A DNA stretch of 64,000 bases, from positions 60,614,788 through 60,678,787 of the forward strand of contig CM120640.1 in assembly GCA_051362555.1 (NCBI GenBank), read 5' to 3'. This document shows, in pieces, positions 49,701 through 61,320 of the stretch. The notes beneath the pieces are model-generated. The model was given only the letters and a program-made list of their open reading frames with translations. It did no database searches and was not told the origin of the DNA. The DNA is from Lingula anatina. Taxonomy: Eukaryota; Animalia; Brachiopoda. Positions within the stretch are counted from its first letter, which is position 1. The number at the start of each line of letters is the position of its first letter. The position numbers were made by a program, and so were the translations under genes.

Positions 49701-52700
49701 ATAAACACTTTTTCTACTTTTCAACACGTGTCCACAAAACAAATGTGCAAAGAACCAACAGACACTGGTTATCATTGCATCAAGGAGAATACTAACTTTT
49801 ATGTTTCTTCCACCTATCATGACTCCATTCATCTGTTCTAAAGCCAGCTGGGCTGCCTCTGGTAATTCATACTCTATAAATGCAAAGCCTTTGTGTTTGT
49901 TGGTGACAGGGTCCCAAGAGAGATTGACACTCTTGATAGGTCCAAATGGTAAGAAAGCCTGTTTGATTGTGTCTTCTTTGATTTCAAAATTAATACTACC
50001 TACGTAAATCCTGAAACAAAAAGACACTGAAATTACACACTCAAACAGAAAAAATTAACAATAAAAATATTGGAAAAGCTTGCTTTGTGCAACTTTTACC
50101 ATTCAATATCATGATCAGTAGCAATAAACTAGAACCACTTCACAATCTGATAGTTTATCTTAATTATTACACTCTGGGGATACCAATTTCAAATGCAAAT
50201 GTATTGTACATACCTGCACATTAAAGCCAATGCCTGTTGCCTTTGGACTGTGTTTTGAAAATTGAGCATTTGCTGCAAAAAGATATGGGCATCAGCCATT
50301 ACATAACTGTTAACTGTAGTCAATAAATACACTGTAAAGAAAATACTAGATTTATCAAAAAATTCTATCAATCCAGTTTCTTTTTCACTTTAAATGTTAA
50401 AACAAAATCAAATATTCACAGCTAATGTGCATTAACAAAAAGCAATAACAGCTTAATCCAAACACCCTTCCATCAAAATAGAAAAAATGTTGTCATACCT
50501 GTTGCTGATGAGCTATTGTCTGTTTCACGAGTATGCTCTTCACACTCTGTTCCATGGCAAACTTCTTGGCTTTACTTATAGCATCTTGTTGTGAAGATGT
50601 CAGCTTTGGCAGCTTAAAAGGTGGGCGCTGGTCTTTTTTAGCTCCAGGTCCAGGCAGAATGGCACCTGTTTGCTCTGCCTGCGCTACCATTCCACCTACA
50701 ATGGTAAATGTAGCATTAAAACATGGGGAGGAACAGGCAGTGCACAGTTTCAGGTAAAGGGAAGCCCCAAAGATTAATCACATACATATTTTGGTTCACA
50801 TCTCTTTTTCTTACAGTTCTATCCTACCTCCCTGTACCAAATACTGTCATTTCCGCAGCTAAATTTCCCAAAATGTCACATCTTTACAATGATCATGTTA
50901 TTCTGTCAAATAATGCCCATGATCAGTTAACATGCTATTTTCCCTTCATTAGTATGAAACTGTGCACCCTCAGAAAACAGAGATAAGCCAATGCATCAAA
51001 GTGGGGAGAATAAACTCAATACTATTTCTGCAGGCTAAATGCCTATACAGTAATCAGTCACAACAGTGCAGCTTAGATGGAATCTTTACCCCTTCATTGG
51101 TGTGGTTTGATGTCTGCCTTCTCTCACTGGCCCTTTTTGCACAGAGCTAAGTTTGGTGGCTACATTGTGAAAAACGTTTTCACCCAAGTCATTTCAGCGA
51201 GCTTCAGACTATATGTACAAAAATACAGAGAAGAAGAGAACAAACATATCATTAAGCTAGTGAAACTATCATTACTAGCATTACTGATGCTAGAAACCTA
51301 CTTGAACATTACCGTCCATCACACCATAATTGATGAATCTACAATTAGAGGGTTTTTCAGCAAACATATCTGTCGGTAGATAAATAATCATTTAAAAAAA
51401 TCTTGCATTCCAACTTATTTTCTGAATTGATGTGAATGCCATTAATTTTATATTTGCTACAAAGCTTTTCAGTTCTTTGAAATATCTTTATACTGCTGCA
51501 AAATAAATTTTCATAGTGCCACTTCATTTTTTTTCTTTCTTGTAGACACCGTAATCACATCTGAAATACATGAAAATGAGGAAAAAAGGACTTATTTTGC
51601 AGCAACCCGAGTATCAAGGAAATCAACAATGAAGAAGCATAAGACTATAGAAGACCTTAGACTGTGCCTTATTAAGTAACAGGGAGTCAGATATGATAAA
51701 AATTCTTATGTGGACAAAAGCAAGACTAGAAGAAAATGCCACAATGAACCAAAACCCCCAAAATTTGCATCTCAGTAACTTTATCTTCCTTAAAATCTAT
51801 TTTTCTCACACCACACACACAACCATGCCAGCCACTACTTCAATATACTAACAGTTTAACAATCTTATCACTGTTGGATCTCGTGTCTCCAAAACCTGCA
51901 AAACATAAAACAATACACACATTTCCCACAGCTGTGTTAAATAATTAGTTTATAATTGAAAATTTATAACCCACAAAATGCACTTATTATAAAAAAAATC
52001 ATCAGTATCATATTATTTCTAATAATGTGAGTAACGATACAAAAGTCAAAAGAATATGGAATATGCATCAAAACTGCTTCCTTAAAAGTGCTCACAACTC
52101 TGCCATGTTGTTTACATACTATCCATACCATATGACTGAAGAGACCGGCACTGAAAAATATAAGCAGAGAACAGACCAACCATGATAATGACTGTTTTGG
52201 AAGAACACTTTTGGAATTTTTTTCTCATCACAAAATATGATGGGGTTAACATATTTTTAATAATTTCAGATCAGACACAATAACATTGTCAAATTGTTTC
52301 CATGTTTGTGGTACCTTTGCATTCTATAAACATATTTTTCATCAATAAAAGCCTAGCAATATATTTGACTAAACTGACAAAAGTGTTTCAATCAATTTGG
52401 AAACGCAGATTGCCAGAAACTATCCAGTTCAGCGCCTCTGCCAGGAATAATTACAATTTAAGCATGACTCTCACTGATAAGCTGAGCTCTGTCTGAAAGA
52501 TACAAGCAGAGAAAACATCTAGGCATTAGCAATGGCATGTCTGAAACTCTCACCCTTCAACATTCATCACAAGCATACATTATTCACTAATGTAATATTT
52601 TCCTAAAAAGGTATATAAACAACGATGTTTTTATTTAGATTTTTATTACAAATTCTAAATGAATTTTTCATTAATGATGTCCCCATACTCTTCAGTGGTA

Positions 52701-54172
52701 ATCATTATGTGAGTTCCAGTCTTGGAACTAAAAATCTCACATGGAGAACCAATCTTCTTTTCTTGCTGCAAAGACAAATACAAACGAAAGAGGGAAAAGA
52801 CGTTATCTAATATGGTGTACAACTTGTACCTTAAAGTCACAGAACACGGTCATTAATACAACCATGCAGGCATTTTCATGTCAGAGCTACCAGTACAATT
52901 TTAAACATCCTGTTCTGTCCTCATGAAGGAAACTGAACTTAATGAACTATTTTCACACAGATAGCGTTCACTTTTGTTAATTTCCAGAACTGAAAAGGTG
53001 ACAGTATGTTTCACTCTCAACACACTGAAACACCTACCAAAACTCTGTTCAGTCAACATATTGCTCTCCAAAGCCATGGCAATTTCTTGTTGCATGCTGC
53101 TCTCAGATAATATGCTGTTCTCTGGCATTTTTGGTATTTTTGTTGGTGGTTCCCCAGAGTCACCAGCAGCAGCCTCATTCTGAAATGGAAAAAAAAATAA
53201 TTTAATGCTTACTGAATTTAACATTATATTTTTGCTAAGGTTCTTTAAAATTATCAGATTCTTTAAAATGGTTTATGAAGTATGACACAGCATAAAGAAT
53301 AAAATTAATAGGTTTCCAAGAAGGGCATTCTCCCCTTCAGTGAATTTTTATCTACATTCAGGTTAAAAACCTGCAAGATCAATTCAAGTACTTTTAAAGG
53401 GCAAAAACAATTGAATTCAAGGATAGTGGCAATTTCAGATACCAAAAAAACTGAATTCAATTCACAGGGATAATTTTGAACACTTTTTTATGGCTGCAGG
53501 CACTCTGTAAAACTTCTAACCATTTGCAAGTAACACACACATGCGCATCATAAATCACTTTGAAATACAGAATAAAAAGAATTTATTTTTTATCACAGCT
53601 CACCACTAATATATAATATTCCTCCTGACAAGCAATCCTCTTTTCTAAATTTCTGATATGTAAGTATATATGCTTTTGCACTTCTGAATGTACTAATCAC
53701 GATGTAAGGTTTTTGCCGAGTAAACAAACTTCTACACAAAATCGTTTATCTTATGGAAGTTGCTTCGCCCGGTATTTTTTTAACAGAATTCTATGTTAAA
53801 TGTTTTTTAGGACGAGAAACTATCCCTGACAGATTCCTTGCATTCAAAATGTCATCAATGGCAGTCTTCAACGGAAGAATAATTTAGTGGCAACATAACT
53901 AGTAGACAAACAGATGAATCTTACTTATTTCACAGCTCTTTCGTAAACAAACGCTTACAAAAACTTCACACCGCAACAGCTAGCAGAAAGGTACAGAGCA
54001 GGAACTTGGAAAAGGAAACCGATCAGTTTAATTCACACGGTACATAAAACACTACGGTACATAAAAAACATTAACTGCTTAGAAACAATACTAAAATATT
54101 TAGCATTACATATCTTACTTCTGTATTATCTCCATTTAATGGCGGCATGGGTACTTGTGTGATGTCAGCCAT
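46729..54172 (-). CDS. PUF60: Poly(U)-binding splicing factor PUF60 / half pint (2 RRM + UHM)
   Basis: Start [18 protein letters not shown] (54172). [36 protein letters not shown]|[27 protein letters not shown] (RRM1), [28 protein letters not shown] (RRM2), [25 protein letters not shown]...[10 protein letters not shown]...IVKIFVEF and LNGRYFGG (UHM). Stop at 46729. Confidence 0.95.
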
Positions 54173-54403
54173 CTTTGTTTTTTCAGTAGAATACAACTAA
54201 CGTTGAGGCGACGTAAAACGTTAAAATAATCACATTTTTATGTAAATAAAAAAGCATAGCCCATTTAACCAGAAATATGTCTAAAAGAAAATTTTGTCCA
54301 TACAAATATCCTATGTCATCTGTTTAGTCAAAATACTGCGATAAATAAATGTGAGCATAGTGCATGATGGGTAATTCAACTTCACACATGGTCGCAGCGC
54401 AGC
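54173..54403. promoter_or_regulatory. Compact bidirectional promoter PUF60/NHP2 with a Staf/ZNF143 site
   Basis: Start codons are 231 bp apart. The minus strand of 54356-54374 reads TTACCCATCATGCACTATG, matching the Staf consensus YYWCCCRNMATSCMYYRCR at 18 of 19 positions. Confidence 0.7.
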
Positions 54404-55587
54404 ATGGGCAAAGACAAGAAGGAGAAGCGAAAATCAGAAGGCGAAGATATAGACAAAGAAAAAAATTACGAAGATCTGGCACAAAATGTCAGTCCAATAG
54501 CAAAACCACTAGCCTCGAGAAAAATGGCTAAAAAACTATATAAAATCATTAAAAAAGGTAATAACGACCCGTGAATACGGCTTGGTTACACATGACAGCA
54601 TTACAATTTACATTGTCTATTAACTTAGATGTTTTTATTCTCTTATTTTGCCTCATGGAAAGCTTTTTCATTAAAATGCTCAGTGACACCAGAACATTTC
54701 ATTTGAAAATTGAAAATAATTTCTCTAACCAAAACACCAGTTGTTAAGCACATGTTAACCAAAACAACCTGTCAGGCACATGTTAAACGTGTTCTAATAA
54801 TGTCTTTCTTTTTATTTTATTTTACATATTGGGTACTGCAATGTTTCTTTTTACAATATTTTAGCACAGAAGCAAAAACAGCTACGTAAGGGTGTAAAAG
54901 AGGTTCAGAAGTTTGTACGAAAAGGTGAAAAGGGGTAAGTGAAGATATTTTAGAATAGAAGCATATCATTATCAAATCTTTTCAGTTGAGCCGAAAAAAT
55001 TTCTAGACAAGGAGTCTATTTCCAAAATCGGACGAATGTAAAATTGAACAGATTAAATGAACAAAAAAAGATTGCTAAAATCAGGATGTTGGTGAATACT
55101 GTATACATCTTATGATGATGGTGAATATTTAAGATAAACTATTTCCTCATTTCATGTGCCTCTTTAATAAAATGAAACACTTTCTTCAAACATTCTATGT
55201 CATTGTAAAATAAAGATTTCAAAGAGAAATTATGGAGGAACTAAGGCAGGTACTATCTTTAATTTGTTCAGTCCATCCATATTAGTAGCAAATAGTTTTG
55301 TTTACATGGTAGTTAAGGTATTAATTTTTTTTAGGGTAATTGTATTTGCTGGTGACACAAGTCCAGTAGATGTGATATGTCACATGCCTTTAGTTTGTGA
55401 AGAATCCAACATACCATACTGCTATACACCGTCTAAAGAGGTAAGTATCTTATGTAGAAATTGACCTTGCACTAACATTACAGCATACTGCAAATTAATT
55501 CTGATTCTTTCTAAAAAAAAATTGACTTCCATATATATGCATGTAAAACAAAAATAAAGGCCATTTTCAGTATCTATCATCTGCTGA

Positions 55588-55638
<51 letters not shown>

Positions 55639-55853
55639 ATACAGTGATGTTGTACTTATTTATTACAACAAAAATCATCTAACACAGTTTTCTTAAGTTA
55701 TTTGATTTTGCTATTTCTTTTTGGTAGGATCTTGGTGCAGCATGTGGATCCAGGCGACCGACATGTATGGTAATGGTGAAACCTCACGAAGATTATAATG
55801 ACCTGTATCAGGAATTGTTCAATGAAGTAAAGGGATTACCACTTCCATTATAG
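54404..55853 (+). CDS. NHP2: H/ACA ribonucleoprotein subunit 2 (L7Ae family), 4 exons
   Basis: MGKDKKEK...[23 protein letters not shown]|[22 protein letters not shown]|[35 protein letters not shown]|[23 protein letters not shown]...VKGLPLPL*. Exons ~54404-54557, 54864-54934, 55335-55440, 55728-55853. Confidence 0.95.
55591..55634. repeat. poly(T) tract in NHP2 intron 3
   Basis: Direct reading. Confidence 0.95.
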
Positions 55854-57277
55854 CTTTGGGCCTGTAATTGTTTTGAAACAGGTACTTGAACAGTGGACAA
55901 TGACTTTTTATACTGCAAGTGCCAGGCAAAGACTTTGCTGTGTATCATGTTTTTCCAAAAGTAAACAGCTGTGTTTATTTACTTAAACTCAGGCAACGTG
56001 TCATGTGAGGGAAATTCAGCTGTATGAAAACACTGAAAACTTGCAAAAAGTTTCTATTTAGAGGAGTGATGTTTAGAGCAGGATTACCAGCAACAGAGCT
56101 TATGGAGTTGATTTAAAGGAATCGGCATATTGGACATAAAATGGAAAATAATTATCTAGTGCGAGGAATTGGTAATAGATATTTTCACATTTTTATGGTT
56201 TTATAATTTGTATTAATTTCTTCTTGAAGGATTTTATTATACAAATTAAAGTAATAATCCTATTTTAACAAGTATGTCTTGCATGAGATTTTTACATCAA
56301 GTATGATACTTGATCTTTCCCCAAGGTCCTTTTACATTTGCATCGATTAAACTAATAATGAGCACAGTCAGCTTGCCCCATAACCAGCTGCCCATAACTA
56401 ATGTTACTTGGAGTTCCAGTTATTGTGGCACTAGCATTGTTATCAATCTGTTACAACCGATGTTGACTCCTGTACTTCCCAATAGGTCTTTTCACACATA
56501 AATCAGCTGTCAATGCTGAAGGTAAAAACATTCATATGGGCAGCTAAAATTTGCTCAAGGGAGTTTAAGCATCTAAAAAAAAAAGAAAGCTAGTGGCCTT
56601 TGAGATAATTTGTGGAACACAACCAGCACTGTGAAAATGTATAAAAAAATTTGTGGTTATTGTGTTAGATGTGACACTGGGTGCATCACATTCAAACACA
56701 ATAGTTCATAAGGTCTAACCAGAAAATGCATTTCTGGGGTAGCGCTAGGATTTTTTGTGCTTAGCCAAACTTCTGAAAAATCTTAGCAAAATCAAAAAAT
56801 GTTTAGCCAACTTAAAATATTTTTACCCAAATAAAAAATGACAATTTAAGGAATTTAAACCAATATTTATTCCATTTAAATGAATTTTTTACAATGTTGA
56901 TGCAAACAAGATTTAAAATCTAATGAATCTTTCCTTTTGTAGTTGTTCAGCCTCTTGTAGTATATACATGTAACACATACATCATCCGAAAGCTGTAAAA
57001 AATAAATGATGCAAGTGTTCAAAATTGATGTTTCTAAAATAGTTTGGACCCCATCCTCTTCAGTTTGTATTACTTTTGAATGGCTTGACACTTTGTAGAC
57101 AGGTCAACTGAAACTGAAAAGCAAAAAAAAATGACACTGTAAGCCAGTAACAGTGTAAGCCAGTAACAGTGGGAAGGTATTAAACATTAACGCACGGTAA
57201 AAAATGTCATTACATTGATGACAATATTTTAATCTCCCTTTTTTATATCCATGATAGGTTATTACATTTTTGTCAAT

Positions 57278-57461
57278 TTAAAGAGAGAAAAACTCTTTGT
57301 ATGAGATCCATACTCAACAATAAATACATTGTAAACATTTCACAGTAATACAATAAGTTCTATTTTAGCACCAAAATGACAGTAATTACAATTATTCTAG
57401 ACTATGTGCTTGCCATCAGACCTTGTGACCTCCATAGATGGCTACCCTGTGTATTAACCTC

Positions 57462-57493
<32 letters not shown>

Positions 57494-57560
57494 CTCTAAA
57501 GAAAAAAATGGTCAACTGTGTCAGTGAATGTTGGAATGAATTCATTAAAAATAAAGGGAA
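57278..57560 (+). mobile_element. Diverged copy of the TTAA-type MITE at 20896-21236, with an internal (TAA)n expansion
   Basis: Shared blocks caataaat.cattgtaaa, caattattct.gact.tgtgcttg.catca and gtgacctccatagatggctac; begins at ttaaag. Confidence 0.65.
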
Positions 57561-57616
57561 CCTGAGGTGAAAGGATTGTGCCAGAAGTGTGTGTCATATG
57601 ACGTCGAGTGGTGTAA

Positions 57617-57868
57617 GGCTTCGTTCACATGCAATGTCTATTTTCTATTTTCTATTTTCGGTATGTCTTATGATCACGGTCTGTGCACTGAATATCCCGC
57701 GGCGTAATTACTGGCAGCGCGAGCCAGTTACTTATAGTAACTTATAGTAACTGGCTCGCGCTGCCAGTAATTACGCCGCGGGATATTCAGTGCACAGACC
57801 GTGATCATAAGACATACCGAAAATAGAAAATAGAAAATAGAAAATAGACATTGCATGTGAACGAAGCC
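57617..57868. mobile_element. 252-bp near-perfect palindromic Tourist/PIF-Harbinger-like MITE
   Basis: Arms ggcttcgttcacatgcaatgtc...gagccagttact are exact reverse complements except for one extra heptamer repeat unit; TAA TSD at 57614-57616 and 57869-57871. Confidence 0.88.
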
Positions 57869-59163
57869 TAAGACATGAAGCTGCCTGGTCATTTTTAGCT
57901 GGATGTACATGGGAGTGGAGCCGCAAGTGCGAAGTTGAAGCTGATTTTCTGATGGCATGATAAGATCATATTTTTGTCTTTCGGCATTTTGAGCAGAGAA
58001 CAGACTAGAAAAAAATTCCAGGCATTTGATTTGAAAATGTGTCACAAAGCTTGAAGGTGCACAATTGCGCTTATTTTCAGTCAATTTGTTTGCTAATAAC
58101 TTGCTGCATCGATCGACAGCGCGACAAATAATATCATAGGGAAAAAATCATGCCAGGCTGTAAATTGTTGTCATCTGCAATTTTTGCATGTATGCAATCT
58201 GATATGTCCATATCTAACTATTGTTTGATGTTTTATTGTAAGTGCTGCAATTATAATGATTTTTAGAGTCCTTAAAAGACCTTGCTTATCCAGGAAGATG
58301 AGCACAACTAACAACTTAATAACACTGAACCATGATCGGTGTTCAATTGTTTATCTTTTTATTGTTCAATATTGTGACAAGTTTTTAAATTTTAAGTTTT
58401 TAAATGGTTAAATATAAAGCTGACATGAAAATCCACATATACTAATTAATCTAGGACAGACTTTGGCATTGTCTTTCCTTGTCCCACTTCTGCACTTTGT
58501 GAAATCCTTAAAGAATAGAAAACATGTACAAATGTTTCAATAATGTAAAGAAATGAATTCGTCTTACACTTAAATTACTTCATTGGTGAAAAGAAAACTT
58601 GACACTGATAAGAATATTACCTTTCCAAGAAAACAAAAAGAGGATTTCAGGTAAGGTAATCACAAATCTGACAGGTAAATAAGACTACCTTAAGCTACTA
58701 TTACTAGTACATGTGCTTCACGGAGACTGATTAACAATGCTATAGAATACCCATTTTTAAAACACTTCTGACTCCAGCAGAAGATTTGTAACCAGTCTGC
58801 TGGATATGTTCCAATCTGACCAGTTCTCAAGGTCATTGCTTGACAGCCTAAGGGAATTGATTGCCAGTCTCCTTTGCTTGTGATTTTTAGCTCAGGCAAG
58901 AGACTGTCAGTCAGTCATCTTTATCATGGCATTAGTCCCTGATTACATGTACAGATTTCTGTAGTTGTGAAAAAGATTTTTCAATCAGTATTTTTACCAT
59001 TTGTAACAAGGTTTCTCTCATGTGTGAATACTTTGAATGACTAATTCAGTCCCTTTTTAAATAAACTTTTGTCACTTTAATATTATTGCACTTTCTCCAG
59101 TGTGAATTCTTTCATGATATCTGTACTGACCTAGTTATATTTTTAAGAAGACTGGTTACAAAT

Positions 59164-59706
59164 CTACACTTTTAAGGCTTTTCTAGTGTGAACTTTTTCA
59201 TGACTAGTGCACCCCGATTTTTTAATAAACTTTTTGTCACAGTATTTGCACTTGTATGGTTTCTCTCCAGTGTGAATCCTTTCATGATCGTTGTGGTGAG
59301 CTTGTTGTGTGAAAGTTTTGCCACAGAATCTACACTTGTAAGGTCTCTCTCCTGTGTGAATTCTTTCATGACGTTTGCAAGAAACTTTGTGGTTAAAAGT
59401 TTTGTCACATAATCTACACTTGTAAGGTTCTCCTGTGTGGGCCTTTTCATGACTAGTGCAGTCTTTTTTTCTAAGAAACTTTTTGTCACAGTGCATGCAC
59501 TTGTACAGTTTCTCTCCAGTGTGAATTTTTTCATGACTGGTGCAAGTACCTATCTGTGTAAAGCTTTTGTCACAAAAACTGCACTTGTAAGGTCTCTCTC
59601 CATTGTGAATTCTTTCATGAATGCGGCAAGAAGCTTTTTGTTTAAAAGCTTTGTCACAGAATCTACACTTAGTTGGTGCCTCCCTAGTAGTAATATATTC
59701 CTGCAT
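59164..59706 (-). CDS. Tandem C2H2 zinc-finger ORF (about 6 fingers); possibly a degenerating gene or pseudogene
   Basis: C-x2-C...H-x3-H repeats with HTGE[KR]PYKC linkers. There is an in-frame stop shortly upstream, and decayed finger remnants continue to ~58990. Confidence 0.7.
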   Translation of the reverse strand: MQEYITTREAPTKCRFCDKAFKQKASCRIHERIHNGERPYKCSFCDKSFTQIGTCTSHEKIHTGEKLYKCMHCDKKFLRKKDCTSHEKAHTGEPYKCRLCDKTFNHKVSCKRHERIHTGERPYKCRFCGKTFTQQAHHNDHERIHTGEKPYKCKYCDKKFIKKSGCTSHEKVHTRKALKV

Positions 59707-60049
59707 TTTATAAGATAATCTATCCTTGAAAGTTCCCTTTTTTCAAATTTTCCTTTTCTGTTTGTCGTTGTGTTTTCACACAGTCATAGCTTACTGAAAC
59801 CAGTGTCATACAGTTTGCTATCATGTCAGCCAGTCACTTGGAAAATGTTTTATACATTGTACAGACTTCAAATATCCTTTCCAATTCTGAAATTTAGTCC
59901 ACAGTTCAATTTTTAACTCTGAATACCCGCAGTGTATGCACTTGGGACTGTCTGATATTGTTGCATAGATTACCAGTGTACCCAGTTCTAGTATTGAGCA
60001 ATATAACTGTAGTTGTACAGGTAGTAGGCTCCTGCTGCTCTAGCTCTCA

Positions 60050-61320
60050 AGTACAGTGATATTGTAAACTCCTGCTGGTTGAACTACTTACCTGATATGT
60101 TAAAATAATTTTATTTCAGTACTTCAGAAACCATGCATGTTACATAGATAAAATCTGCACAACTAGCTGTAATTACTTCACTCAACATTGATTGATAGAT
60201 AACATGAAATTCTTTGAAGTTAAAGCAACCCATCAATTTGTGAGAGACAAGTTATGGCATGATGTGATTTTATCAATCAGTTTGTATTTATTATCCAGGC
60301 TAGTTACGCAGATGGTTTGATTAGTACTCAGTAAGGCAATTATTTTAAGTAATGTCCCAAAGTCAGTCTATGAAACGCTGTTCAAGGAAGCCTACTAAGG
60401 GAAAAAGAATTGAACAAGTCCACCAAATGTGTTTAACATTATATATCACATTTTAAATTTAAAGTAGAATATGAATATGAATGAGAACCTATAAATGGAC
60501 TTTCAATATTAGTAACACCAGGAATCTATACCAATATATAACATTCAGGCACTTTACACAAGATCAATGAAACTAAATACAAGGACTACATTATTTGTTA
60601 TAATTGCCCTAAACACGGATATTCATTCTCTGGGTAGAAAGGTTGCATATTACTCAGACCTGGGACTGGCTTTAACTAAATTATCTCAGGTGTGGCAACT
60701 TTCTGGTGGAAGTGATCAAAAGAGCCAAATGACAATAATGGGGCCAAAGTATTTCTACAATTTTATAGAATCGTAACTGGGTCTCCCTTTTCTGTTATTT
60801 CAAAAGGGGTGGACATTCATTATTATAATTTATTACTTTGAAGAAACTTCTGGTTCTAATATTGGCTTCTCTCCTGTGACTGTGATTTGAATTTAAAGAC
60901 AGGGATAAATTGTATAAAATTATCATGTTATAGACTTGTACAATTCCCTTTCCCTTAGTTGGCTCCATTGAACAGCATTTCGTAGACTGACTTTGGGACA
61001 TAACTTTAAATAATTGCCTGAATACTAATCAAACCATCTGCGTAACTAGCCTGGGATATTTGATAAATACAACCTGACTGATAAAGTCACATCTTGCCAT
61101 AACTTGTCTCTCACAAATTGATGGCTTGTTTTAACTTCAAAGAATTTCATGTTATCTATCAATCAATGTTGAGTGAAGTAATTACAGATAATTATATGCA
61201 GCTAGTGGTGCAGATTTTATCTCTATAACATGCATGGCTTCTGAAGTAGTGGAGTAAAATGATTTCAACATATCAGATAAGTAGACTAACCTGCAGTTTA
61301 AAATATTCGCGCTGAGAAAA
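60050..61320. repeat. Long inverted repeat: ~270-bp arms with a ~700-bp spacer (foldback/MITE-like)
   Basis: 60055-60325 (…aattacttcactcaacattgattgatagataacatgaaattctttgaagttaaa…ccaggctagttacgcagatggtttgattagta) is the reverse complement of ~61023-61310. Confidence 0.8.

Noticed and set aside
54935-55727. snoRNAs in NHP2 introns (atgatga near 55110)
   Set aside because: No matching CTGA D box with a terminal stem, and no convincing H/ACA two-hairpin layout by eye.
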